The position numbers and the translations under genes are program-made. Below the pieces are notes generated by a model. That model saw only the letters and a list, made by a program, of their open reading frames with translations. It ran no database searches and was not told where the DNA came from. Below, piece after piece: positions 10,552 to 21,896 of a stretch of 64,000 bases of DNA (position 1 is the first letter of the stretch; every line of letters starts with the position of its first letter). Source of the DNA: Ignavibacteriota bacterium (lineage in GTDB: Bacteria; Bacteroidota; Ignavibacteria; UBA10030); assembly GCA_963701295.1 (NCBI GenBank), contig OY969585.1:3579694-3643693 (forward strand), written 5' to 3'.

Positions 10552-10604
10552 GAATTGGTAAGGCAGAATTAGTTTCTTCTGGGAGGAAAAAAATGTAAAA
10601 ATCA

Positions 10605-10876
10605 TTGGCTATTGTCAAAGATTTTCTGTATTTTATTACTGTTAAATAACAGTACACCGTTATGGCTCCCTCGGGAGACCTTTTCTGTAGAGTAAGTCCT
10701 GTTATCGAGTCGTCTGCTGGTGGTTTGCTTCAATCTTTTAGTTTGAACACCTCCATAAAGATGTTACCGACTTCTTTGGGCCGTATCAATCCAGTAAAAG
10801 TGTTTTTGAGTAGAGTACGGCGTACACCCTGCCGGCGGTCGGCCGGTTTTACAATCTTTATGAAAGGATATGTTCC
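10605..10876 (+). promoter_or_regulatory. Probable promoter and long (~230 nt) 5' UTR of the cold-shock gene
   Basis: A TTGGCT-N18-TATTTT-like promoter near 10605-10634 is followed by a long non-coding leader, as is typical of csp mRNAs. Structure not verified. Confidence 0.45.
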
Positions 10877-11080
10877 ATGGAAAAAGGAACAGTCAAATGG
10901 TTTAATGGAGCCAAAGGTTTTGGTTTCATTTCACGTCCAAGCGGCGAAGATGTATTCGTCCACTTCAAAGCAATTACCAGCAATGGCTACAAGACACTCA
11001 ATGAGGGCGACAAAGTAGAGTTTGAAGTTCAGCAAGGACCGAAAGGCCTCCAAGCTGCAAACGTTTCTGTGGTTTCCTAA
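10877..11080 (+). CDS. cspA: Cold-shock protein (CspA family)
   Basis: [15 protein letters not shown] (RNP1), DVFVHF (RNP2), [10 protein letters not shown]. Confidence 0.96.
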   Translation: MEKGTVKWFNGAKGFGFISRPSGEDVFVHFKAITSNGYKTLNEGDKVEFEVQQGPKGLQAANVSVVS

Positions 11081-11098
11081 GAAATCATTCAGCGTTGA

Positions 11099-11135
11099 AA
11101 AAAGAAACCCCGTCGATGAGATGGGGTTTTTTTTT
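11099..11135. terminator. Intrinsic, probably bidirectional terminator
   Basis: AAACCCCGTC-loop-GATGGGGTTT with a T9 run and an upstream A-run, between convergent genes. Confidence 0.88.
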
Positions 11136-11172
11136 GAGGTTCTACACTGCTTGAAGTGTATTGTTCAAATTC

Positions 11173-13686
11173 CTATTCTTTCCAATAGAGAAATTCCTTT
11201 ACACTTGCAATTTGTGTCGGATCTGCACCGCGGCGGCCGCCAAACACAAAACGGTTCTGCTCATTCTTGTATTTCTCTCGTACACGTTGTGCCTGTGTAA
11301 TGGATTTTTGTTTGTCTGGTATTTTTCTGAGAGATTGACTCAAGAGGTCAAACAAATCACTCTTAGAAACTTTCTGCTCAGATTGCTGTGCACCTTTCAT
11401 ACCGAGCGTTTCCTTGATGCGTCCAAGCCCCAGAATTTCGTACGCTTGTTCCACCGAATCAAACTTTGTTACTGCGACTTGAAACGCTTCCGCTGCGTCC
11501 TCTTTTGAACCGGATAAATATCGTGCGAGACCGAAGTTAAGATACACACCGCCATCGTCTTTATTTAATGCAAGACTCTTTTGATAATGCTCTTGTGCTG
11601 TATCAAGTTCATTCTTCAGCAAATAGATATTGCCAAGTGTATTCTCTGCTTGCCAAGTATTCACACCTGTCAACACAGCAATGGCAGCATCGTAACTTCC
11701 CTCTTTTGCTTGAATAATTGCCGATTTATTTTTTGCACTCGGCGTATTTTCAATTGCAAGGCTTGCAATTGCAGAACTAGAAAGTTGGTTTTGATGATAT
11801 ACATAATCTGCAAGATCTTGCAAAGCATAGGTTGCAATTTTTTCTGCCGACGGTGTTGCTACTGTTTTTGCCTGTAATGAAAGGTTTGCCGCAGGAAATG
11901 CAGCCATTGCTTTCCGTGAATCTATCACTTCGATCTTTTTCCCACTAACGGTGTACTTGTAATACTCTTCCGCACCCTTTGTCCATGCAGCCATAAAAGG
12001 CTGGTTGATCATCGTTGCTTCCAGCGGAATCCATACTTTTCCTTCATCAACAATGTATTCTTTTTCGTTCTGACTTACCATATACCCATTCTTTGGCAGC
12101 ACATCCGTATCAAACATAAGATAGATATGATCTTCGGTTGCAAGAAACTTTGTTTGAACACCAAGATTTTCAAGACATGATGCCATCAGTACAGAAGTTG
12201 CACTGCAGTTTCCTGTTCGCGATGCCAGTGTTTCCACAGGATATGCGACAAGATCGAGTATATCCTGCTCCGACGGCTTCCATGGACTGGAAATATAACT
12301 GTATCCATTCGCCCGGACTGCACTCCATACCGCGAGTGCATACGCAACATTCCGCGGAAGTTTTGCATTCAAGCTGTCATTATTCATAACACTGCCGACC
12401 ACATATCGAGAGAAATTCACTACCGCTTCGTCAGTGGGCGTAACAAATGCACCAACAGACTCGCCGCGTTTCCAGTTGATGGTATTGCGGCTGTAGAGTG
12501 TTACTGGTTTAATAAGACTCCGCGTTTGCGGTTGATTATCAAACAAATAACTCAATTCCACTTTTGCTTGCGCAGCGGCGTCGGCACTGAGCGTAAAGAG
12601 CTGCTTTGCATCGAGTGTAGCTGAGAGATTGAACGATTGCTTCTTTCCTGCATTGATTTGTGATACTATTTGCTCCGATGGTAATTTCATATAATCCGGA
12701 ATAAAAATGGAAACTTTGACATTTCGGATTTCTGTCTTTGCTGAGTTTTCTACTTCAATTTTCGCAAGTGGGTTGTATGCGTAATAATTGACCTGTGACG
12801 GAAAAATATTCTCTATCGTGAACTGTGTAATGTCCAACGGACTTGCTATGACCATATTTCCCTTTGCCTTCTCGGCAAAGTCAGGCGTGCTGAGATCGAG
12901 GCGGGTTCCGGTGAAACCGACAACAATGACATCTTGGCGTTTTGTAAATTCATCGCGCAGGTTGTCTATGGTACCGTTGATTGTCGCTTCAAACACTGCT
13001 GCGTCTTTTTCAAAGTACCGCAACTTCATCTGCTCAATTATAATGATTTCGTGCGGCAGATTCCGTTCATATTGAGCGATTGATTTCTGATCAAATCCGA
13101 TGAATGCAAGCTGGACAATGCGAGGCCCCGATGCTTCCTCGCTCATCTTTGTGCGAATCTTTACATATACGTCAGTCGCAAGCGCTTCGCCAAGAGTGGT
13201 CATGGTGAGATTCGCTGCTGAATTTGCTCCACCGGCAGATTTTTTTGTTGTCTTTGATGATGCAGCAATAAGTTCGCCCGTATCGGTAATGATTACCTTG
13301 CAGCTGCCCTTTGCTGCGTACTCAATATTTTTGACGCCATAGAACTCTTTCTCTGCTTCGAGATTTCCTTCAGCTTTCCCGACAATGATTAATTCAGCAC
13401 CATAACGCATGCCGATCTCCTTTGCGCGAGCAGGATTCCCCTCGGCAATGGCAATATCACGCATCTGAACATTTTCGAACTGCCCTTTATCAACCAGCCG
13501 GAAACCTTTATCGAGAAGTATTTCTTCGATTTTCGATGCAACAAGACGTGCATCGACAGCCATGCCGTCAACTTTTTCATCAAGAATCACCATGATGCGC
13601 GGCCACTCTCTTTTATCCTGTCCTGTGGAAATAACTAATGGAAGGATGAGCATCGCTCCAAGAAATACTGTTCTGATTATTTTCAT
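11173..13686 (-). CDS. Exported multidomain protein: CsgG/FlgT-like N-terminus, transglutaminase-like core, C-terminal TPRs
   Basis: Signal peptide; GFRLVD...GAELIIVG (CsgG/FlgT-like); YPVETLASRTGNCSATSVLMAS...DHIYLMFD...WIPLEAT (transglutaminase-like Cys/His); TPR-like LGNIYLLK...YQKSLAL. Confidence 0.65.
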   Translation of the reverse strand: MKIIRTVFLGAMLILPLVISTGQDKREWPRIMVILDEKVDGMAVDARLVASKIEEILLDKGFRLVDKGQFENVQMRDIAIAEGNPARAKEIGMRYGAELIIVGKAEGNLEAEKEFYGVKNIEYAAKGSCKVIITDTGELIAASSKTTKKSAGGANSAANLTMTTLGEALATDVYVKIRTKMSEEASGPRIVQLAFIGFDQKSIAQYERNLPHEIIIIEQMKLRYFEKDAAVFEATINGTIDNLRDEFTKRQDVIVVGFTGTRLDLSTPDFAEKAKGNMVIASPLDITQFTIENIFPSQVNYYAYNPLAKIEVENSAKTEIRNVKVSIFIPDYMKLPSEQIVSQINAGKKQSFNLSATLDAKQLFTLSADAAAQAKVELSYLFDNQPQTRSLIKPVTLYSRNTINWKRGESVGAFVTPTDEAVVNFSRYVVGSVMNNDSLNAKLPRNVAYALAVWSAVRANGYSYISSPWKPSEQDILDLVAYPVETLASRTGNCSATSVLMASCLENLGVQTKFLATEDHIYLMFDTDVLPKNGYMVSQNEKEYIVDEGKVWIPLEATMINQPFMAAWTKGAEEYYKYTVSGKKIEVIDSRKAMAAFPAANLSLQAKTVATPSAEKIATYALQDLADYVYHQNQLSSSAIASLAIENTPSAKNKSAIIQAKEGSYDAAIAVLTGVNTWQAENTLGNIYLLKNELDTAQEHYQKSLALNKDDGGVYLNFGLARYLSGSKEDAAEAFQVAVTKFDSVEQAYEILGLGRIKETLGMKGAQQSEQKVSKSDLFDLLSQSLRKIPDKQKSITQAQRVREKYKNEQNRFVFGGRRGADPTQIASVKEFLYWKE

Positions 13687-13769
13687 TACTATTTCTCCTC
13701 TTTTTTTAACATCCCCTCTATCCCCACCTCTATAAGAGAACAGGATGTGATTCTTCTTTTACCTTATTT

Positions 13770-16700
13770 TTATTTTATGAGTACCATTTTCTTAATATCC
13801 TGGAACGTTTTGCTGCCATTTGTTATTGAGAGTTGATAGAAGTATATACCGGAACTTTGTCGCACTGCATCCCATTTCACCTCGTAATATCCGGATGGTT
13901 TCCGCCCGTTCACAAGTGTTATGATTTCCTGTCCGAGCACATTGAAGATCTTCAGCGTTACAGTATACGATGCAGATGCATCAGGCACGGTGTACCGAAT
14001 TACTGTTTCGGGGTTGAATGGATTCGGATAATTAGCATAGAGTTTCATGCTTGATGGTGTCAATGCTATTCCGGCATTATTTCCTTCCACAAATGATTTT
14101 TTGCCGACAACCACACGGAAATTCCGCATACCATTACCGGAATTGATTTCCAGCGATTGAACCTCTTTGAGGTTATACGCCATCTTCTGATCGATGTCGA
14201 TAAGGTACGCTTCAAATACCGGATTGGGTAGACTGAGATGATCACCTAAAGTTAATTTTACATTCGCTCCTGCATCACCCGTTACGACGCACATTTCCCA
14301 CACGCCGCCTTCATCATTCAACGGACGTATATCACGCATCATTGCACCATCGGCATTCCTGAAATAAACAGCAACATTCTTGTCACCAACAATCGGTGGA
14401 ATGTATGAATCATACGGATCATCACCTTCATTAGCCCCTTGTGCCATACCAAGAGAACTCCCTTCACAGCGCATATCAATATCAGGACGATATGCATTTA
14501 TCGCAAGCGTCCAATTCTCAGCAGTCTCTTTTTCAACTGGTGGAAGAGAGGATACATGGCTCGTCTTCGGCAATCCGCTGCGCTGACCCGCCGAAGGAAA
14601 TTTTAGCGTTCCTGCACTGTTGACATACACTGCTATGCCTGACCACGGTTGTATTTGATTAACAGACACAGAAGATGTATCCCAGCCGCCAATGGAGCCG
14701 GCGCCAGTGAAATACGCACGCTGACGTATAGGCTGAGGCGCGGATGAGACGGTGGTATAAAATTCGAGACTATCAATCGGATATGGGATAGTGAATGGAT
14801 TCCCAACAAGATTCCATCCACTTTGCAGTGAAATACCAGTATTATACATAACATCCGATCGGACAACACTTGCCCCCTTAACAATAATAGACGGACCTTG
14901 ATCCCTGACAATAAAGAAAAATGCCGCACCCGGGGTAACCACATCTTCAGTACTGAACTGATCATAATCCTGATATTGTCCGTTGACGTACCGCTGGAAG
15001 CGCCATCGAGCATAGGAGATATTATTTTCCGAATGATTTCCAAAATTGCTTAAGAGGTCCACTGGTTTTTTATCCGGCAGATCATACGGTACCGAGATCA
15101 TTCGATAGGCAAGTGTTTTATTTTTACTCTGCTGGGAGGCTGCAGGCATACTATTTGACTGGTCGGTGGCCTGCGGCCCTAATTGGACATCGATGGAATT
15201 ATATGGAGACCATGCCACATTTCCCGCATTATCCCAGGCACCAATGCGGTAGTTCACGCCGATAGGTTCATTGCTATAGACAAATTCATTTTGGGGAATC
15301 GAAAAACTGATTGAAGCAGCAGACACGTACTGCGAGTACAGACCAACTCTGTTCTGATGTATTCCGATAAGCAACTCGCATACGCGAAATTCCCGATCCT
15401 GCATCGGATGCTGAAGCACTCACTTGCGGCGATGAACTGACCTGTCCATTAGCACTTACAATTACCGGTGTACCGGTAGGAGTATTGACACTAATAATCG
15501 GCGGTGTGTTATCTACTACTGCACTTGGTGTTGCATTCACCTCATTACTAAACCCACTTTCCAATCCCGCACTATCTATTGCTGTGATACGGAAGTAATA
15601 TATTGTTCCGTTGGTAAGCCCTGAAATAGTCTTTGTTGTATCGGAGGAACCTCCAATAGTTGAATCAATTTTTATCGTGGGATTCGATGAAGTGCCACCG
15701 TAAATGCGATAGCGGAGAAAATCGGATTCAGTGTTTCTATTCCATGTCAATTTCACTTGACTATTGCCGACGGTAGCGGTAAGATTCGATGGAGCGGCAG
15801 GAGGTGTATTTGGATTCCATCCACCTTCGTGATACAAATCGGCAATCTCTGCATCACTCAATGCGCGATTATAGATGCGAATACCATCGATTGCTCCTGA
15901 CCACACTCCGTTGACTGGAGTGGTGTTAGAAAAAGAACCGATTGTCATTTTTCCTCCAGACTCAATACTTCCAGCGGTGCCTCCAGCATCTACAGAGTTA
16001 GAGAGCTGGTTATCAAGGTAGACTTTCCAAATGTTACCTGATCGTTGCCCTACAATGAAGTGCCATTGATTATCTGCAAAAGCAGCTGATGAATTACTCC
16101 TTAGTGTAAACGTGCCACCACGACCATCTCGCCCTTCCATCATTGCCCCTCCATCTGTATATGTATCGAGCAACCATCCATGGTCATTTTGTGTTCCGCT
16201 ATAGTATTTCTCAATGATACCTTTGGTGAATTGTGGAGTCGAAGTCTTCACCCAAGCGCAAACCGTAATATCACCAGTTATTTTAAGCGAAGAACTATTT
16301 GGAACAGAAATATAACTTGAAGAGCCATCGAAGCTATAGGCTCCATCAGCACTTCCTAATCTACCTGTTGTCAGTGTGGCCCCGTAATTCGTACCATTAT
16401 TACCATTACCACTTTCATCATTCGCATTACCATTAAATGGATAGAACGCCACAAGACCGTTCGCAAGTGTGGAAGATGGCATCGCATTCACTTCATTTGA
16501 GAATCCGCTCTCAGCACCAGTATTATTTACAGCTGTTATGCGGAAATAGTATATCGTACCATTCGTAAGGCCGGAGATTACTCTTACTGTATCTGTGATC
16601 CCGCCGGATGTGGAATCAATTTTTTTTGTTGGATTTGATGATATTCCGCTATAGATACGATAGAGGAGAAAATCGGATTCGGTGTTTTTGTTCCACGTGA

Positions 16701-19266
16701 GCGTGACTTGACCATTGCCGGCAGTCGCGGTAAGATTTTGTGGAGCAGCTGGAGCGGAATATCCCATCCATCCGCTCGAAAATGATTTGGCATAGATATC
16801 ATATCCCTTAGAACGGCGATTATCCTGCCATGTACATACAAGATTTTGGCCAGAGGCAGCAAGCCGAGGTACCATTTCTAAATGATTTACACCGTCATGG
16901 ACAATAAGAACATTACCACCATTGGCAATTCCACTTGCTGAATACCATTGTCCAATAATATCAGGTTGTCCGTTTCGGTAATCTTGCCATGCAACAAGAA
17001 AATTACTATTTCCATCGAACACCACGGAAGGCCAATATCGCTCTGATGTTCCCCCATTATCATTGACTTTTGTGTTTATACCGACAGGATTCCCGCTTGC
17101 ATCGAATCGTTGTAGATAAATATCATCGCCGTTCCGATAATCTTCCCAAACGATAACACTTGCGCCGCTGCTTGTTACAGCAATAGTTGGAGAATATTGC
17201 TCCGAGGGCACATTATCTCCTATTCGAATATTCGCTCCATTCGTGCCTCCGCTGGCATAATATCGTTGGACATAGATATGGTTACTACCATCTCTGTTGT
17301 CATACCATGTTACAATAATATTGCCGCCGCCATCAACTCCAACCGAAGGTTGATTATGGACATACGTATATGCAGCATCATCGTTAACCCTTGTATTTGA
17401 ACCTACCGGTGTACCGCTTGAATTGTAGCGCTGCATATAAATATCATAATTACTGCCATTCCGATCATCTTCCCACACAACAACACTATTGCCGCTGCCG
17501 TCCATCGCCGCTGTAAGACAGTTATCGTAAGGACTTGCTGAGGTTGAGACATCATTTACTTTTACATTCGAACCAATTGCTGAACCGCTCGTATTGTAGT
17601 ATTGAAGGTACACATCATAATACCCATTACGACTATCTTTCCATACAACAACACCGTTGCCGCTCGTGTTCACGGCTACAAACGGAAAATAGTGATATGC
17701 CCCGATATTATCATCGTTGACTTTGATATTTGATCCAAGAACAGCACCGCTTGCGTTTAGATGTTGCATATAGATATCATAATTTCCATTGCGCTGATCT
17801 TCCCACACGATAATACTATTATTATTGCCATCCATACCTACAGAGGGTGCCCATTGAGATGCATCGTTCACATCGCTATTCACTTTAACATTGCTCCCTA
17901 AAAAAGCTCCACTTGTATTTATGCGCTGGTGATAAATATTCTCTCCGTCGCTAATTCGATAATCCTCCCATGAGATAACGCCAACGCCGGTACTATTAAT
18001 AGAAACCCAGGGATAGTATTGATTCGCAGCTACGGCATTACTATTGACTTTGACATTCGAGCCCTGTGCTACTCCGCTGGCATTATACCGTTGAAGATAA
18101 ATATCGATATCTGTGTTACGGTAATCATACCAAGTGATGATGCTATTACCTGTGAGATCGATACCAACTGTCGGATAGTATTGAGATGCTGTTCCTGCAT
18201 CATCATTCACCATTACATTACTGCCCTGGGCTGTGCCAGAAGCAGAATACCTCTGCATATAAATATCTCTATTCCCATTTCGTAAATCGTGCCAAGTTAT
18301 AATCTCTGCACCACTATTGTTTATTGCGATTGTCGGAGCAGCTTGATCAGTTGTTCCTCCATCGTCGTTCACTTCGATATTCACACCAAGTGAAGCGCCA
18401 GTGCCATCGTACCGCTGAAGATAGATATCATAATTTCCATTTCGATAATCCTGCCATACAATTACACTATTGCCACTGCCATCGACTCCAATTGCCGGTC
18501 TGAAATGATACGTTGTGCCACTGGCATCGTCATTCACCTGAATATTTACTCCTTGTGCAACTCCACTTGAATTGAACCGTTGAAGGTAGAGATCAAAGTA
18601 CCCATTCGTCACTTTCACCCAAACAACAATAGTATTCCCATTGCCATCTACAGCAACTGCGACCGAATGGATAGCAGAATAAACCGTTCCCGTGTTATCA
18701 TTCACTTGAATATTTGTACCATTTCGTGTACCGCTTGCATCGAACCACTGAAGATAGATATCTGATGAACCGCTCCGTTCATCTACCCATGCTACAGCAG
18801 TCTTGCCTGTACTATTAGAAGCTATAGCTGGATAGTAATGATCGATACCTTGACCGTCGTCGTTAACCCTAATATTTGTACCAACTATCGTACCAGATGA
18901 ATTATACTGTTGAAGATAGATATCACTATTTCCAGTCCTATAATCTTCCCATACGACAGTATAATTACCGCTTCCATCCATGGCACAACCTGAATTTTCG
19001 TGCAGGCAAACTCCCGAAGCATCATCATTCACTAATTGATCATCCCATAGAATTGTGGAAACAGCTAAGGATGATAATTTGTTATTCACGTTTTTATTGA
19101 GATTCGTAACATTGAGGAGATGGGCCTTTGAGGTTTTTACAAGATGTTGTTCATGTGTTCTTTTCGGGAGAATAAGGTCGTCTTTTAGTAATCTATTAGG
19201 AATTCCTTGTGCATAGGCGATGAATGGCATGAGTATGCATAAAAAGATAATTACCTTTATACGCAT
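13770..19266 (-). CDS. Large secreted T9SS-type cargo protein (14 beta-propeller repeats, FN3, LamG, FN3, C-terminal sorting domain), interrupted by one frameshift at ~15340
   Basis: ORFs 15286-19332 and 13770-15419 overlap and join seamlessly (...TSEQSW|YSQYVSAAS...). Signal peptide MRIKVIIFLCILMPFIAYAQ at 19266; 14 repeats of WxDxRNGxxDIY; two near-identical FN3 domains; LamG (WHFIVG, IDGIRIYNRALS); C-terminal NYPNPFNPET...KKMVLIK. Confidence 0.8.
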
Positions 19267-19572
19267 ATGATGTAAAATTGAAAGAGTATTTATATCGTCT
19301 CTGTTTAATAAATTTATTATAATCTGTAGCATTACATTACTCCTTCTAACGAAGTGTTAGATTCCCGATATCCCTTGTTCCACACTTAAAAGAATATTGC
19401 GAGAATCCTTCTATTATTTTCTACACATGAATAAAAGTATGTCTATTGTCTCGGTCATTATTAAATTCTTTATCGTGTACGTCACGATGACGTTCAAATT
19501 TCATTTGTCTTTGGTACACCCGTAAAGATTTATTATGCAGTTGACCAAGAGCAATTTTTCAGAGTTCTATGT

Positions 19573-20274
19573 CTACGGGAAACCTGGAGCACCTGGCAAT
19601 TGCTGTGTCTGTGACGAGCTGCTGCTGTTTTCTTTCTTTTGCGATAATAAAACGGCCGCTACACCGCCTGCAACAGCTACCCCTCCAAGTGTATACCATA
19701 TCCACGAAGAGGAACCACCCGTTGTACCGGTCGACACTTTTACATCTTTGCCGGTTAATCCCTTCGCCATCTCGGCAGCTAATTCAGGAATTATATCTGT
19801 CAACAAATCTTCAATAGCGCCTTCATGGCGGCGGCTTTTGTTTTGTTCAATCTGAGCTGTGGCAATATCGATCACTTGTATATTGATTGTATAGATTTTT
19901 CCAACCTTTCCGATCGTTCCGGCAAACATTTTTTCCACTTTCAAGATTTTACCGACTTCCACAATACATTCTACCTGTGAGCATGCTTCCGATTGTTGAA
20001 ATCCCTGCTCTTGAAGAATAGATTTGATCCGGTTGCGGTCAACGACAATAAATTCTCCTGTTTCAATAATTTGTCCTTGGAAGGCATCGGATAGCGATGC
20101 TGCATCTTCCTTTGACACGCCGCCGCGTGCCTCAAATTCGAGTACGGCGATATTGAGCTTCTTCTTCTGAAGTTTATTGTCTTGACTCACTGCGGCAGGA
20201 GCCACAATCGAAATTAAAAAAATAAGTAAAACGAAACGGATAAGAGAAGGATGTAGGAATATACGTAAACACAT
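19573..20274 (-). CDS. CsgG/HfaB-like exported protein with C-terminal glycine-rich membrane segment
   Basis: IAVLEFE, FIVVDRNRIKSILQEQGFQ, VGKILKVEKMFAGTIGK; RBS GCAGGAGG before ATG 20274. Confidence 0.75.
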   Translation of the reverse strand: MCLRIFLHPSLIRFVLLIFLISIVAPAAVSQDNKLQKKKLNIAVLEFEARGGVSKEDAASLSDAFQGQIIETGEFIVVDRNRIKSILQEQGFQQSEACSQVECIVEVGKILKVEKMFAGTIGKVGKIYTINIQVIDIATAQIEQNKSRRHEGAIEDLLTDIIPELAAEMAKGLTGKDVKVSTGTTGGSSSWIWYTLGGVAVAGGVAAVLLSQKKENSSSSSQTQQLPGAPGFP

Positions 20275-20377
20275 GTGAACCTCCTGCATTAAAATATTTT
20301 AAATTCCGCTGATTTTTCGCATCCGGCAGGTATATCAGCATCATATTCATACTACAGCTCAAAAAAACTACAAACAG

Positions 20378-20878
20378 TCATTTCTTCAGCGTGCTATCAA
20401 GACTCTTTATAAATTCCTGAACTAATTTCGGCAAGAACTTTTCACCAATATTTTCCAGATTGTCATCATACGTCCATACATGAGCATACTCTACGCGTGA
20501 AGTTTCCACATCGATCATTTTTAGATTTACAATGTATTTTTCTCCCAACATACCGATGGAACCTGAGAACATTTTTCGTACAGAAAGTATTTTCCCGGCT
20601 TTCACCGCATCTTCCCCGTCTTGAGTTGCTTGGAATCCTTGTTCTTGCAACACAGCGTTCAATTTATTCCGTTCGACTATAGTGAATCGTCCAGTATTCT
20701 GCAACGCGGATGAGAACATATCTGTTACACTCTCAGCTTCGCCTGCTTTCATACCGGCTCGTGATTCGAGTGAAAGAATACTGCAAAGAATAGGTGGCGA
20801 AGGTGGGATTTTACCTGTTGAACTGCAGCCAATGAGAAGAATAATACTACTTACGCAACAGAAAATCCTTTGCCACAT
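20378..20878 (-). CDS. CsgG/HfaB-like lipoprotein
   Basis: Lipobox LLIGC; FTIVERNKLNAVLQEQGFQ, AGKILSVRKMFSGSIG; paralogous to the downstream gene; RBS AAGAGG before ATG 20878. Confidence 0.75.
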   Translation of the reverse strand: MWQRIFCCVSSIILLIGCSSTGKIPPSPPILCSILSLESRAGMKAGEAESVTDMFSSALQNTGRFTIVERNKLNAVLQEQGFQATQDGEDAVKAGKILSVRKMFSGSIGMLGEKYIVNLKMIDVETSRVEYAHVWTYDDNLENIGEKFLPKLVQEFIKSLDSTLKK

Positions 20879-20928
20879 CAGACACCTCTTAGTCGATAGA
20901 GTTCTATGGATTTCGGATTTTAGTATAT

Positions 20929-21094
20929 CTCTAAAATCTAAAGCTTCAAATATCAAACAATGTCCAAATTCCGAATGTACAATGATTGATAAAATGGGTT
21001 CTGTGTGTTTTGTTTTTTATCGTTGAAATTCTCCCGCTTTTCAGGATCCCGTACAGCGGGATTTGCTATTTGTAATTTGAGGTTTTAGATATTC
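20929..21094. repeat. Second AT-rich heptad-type palindromic element, with an inner CCCGC...GCGGG hairpin
   Basis: tctaaaatctaaagcttcaaatatcaaac...gctatttgtaatttgaggttttagat, interrupted by cccgcttttcaggatcccgtacagcggg. Confidence 0.5.
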
Positions 21095-21127
21095 CATAAG
21101 CAGGAACATGCAAACACTTTTTGCTGG

Positions 21128-21723
21128 CTACTTCTTCACAGATTCTTCTTCTTTCAGGAGCTCCTTTATTAATTTTTCTAGTTCAATTTGAAAATTCTCA
21201 TGGTAGCCACGGTTGATTCTACGCACAATCCCAAATCTATCAATTACCACCAAGACCGGTAGCCCATGGATGGAATATAGACTTGCATATCTGCCCGATG
21301 GATCAACTAAACATGGTAATATATAGCCGCGATTCTTGTACGCATCGCGTACTGAGTCTTCTGTCGATTCAGCTTTCTCCATGGTATTGACAAGAAAGAA
21401 TTTCACATTTTGATCTTTATAATCAGCTGCAAGTTTTGTAAGAATTGGGATCTCATTCTTACAGGGCTGACACCATGTTGCCCAGAAACTTAAAACGACT
21501 ACTTGCCGTTCTTTTTTTTCCACGGCTCTCGCAATGTCTTTCCTGTAAAATCACGAAGAAAGACACCTGTATTTGTTATGAGATTGCGCATCACAAACTG
21601 GGGCGCATCATCTCCAATATTTAATGTATCAGATTTGAAAATCAAGTTCGCTTCGGCATTGTTCCCCGTTGGGAAAACAAGCATCGAAAAGAAAAGAATG
21701 GCAAAAAACTTGAATAGGTTCAT
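21128..21723 (-). pseudogene. TlpA-family thiol:disulfide oxidoreductase split by a frameshift in an A8 run
   Basis: N-terminal part has a signal peptide and IGDDAPQF; C-terminal part has FWATWCQPC. The frames join at TGG AAA AAA AAG (T8 at 21512-21519). Confidence 0.8.
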
Positions 21724-21896
21724 ATGTTTTCCAGTATGAATGGGATAGCTACAAAATCATAACAAGAATTTACACCTTTGTCAATATCAACGCCACAATA
21801 TTTATACCGAACGATAAGGTATCCTTGCATTTTGCGTGCCTCCTTGTTAGATTAGCACCAGTTTTGCCGTCTGTTCTTTACTTCACCACACCAAGG

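Noticed and set aside
16800-19060. DNA-level tandem repeat array
   Set aside because: The periodicity is explained by diverged ~57-aa protein propeller repeats.
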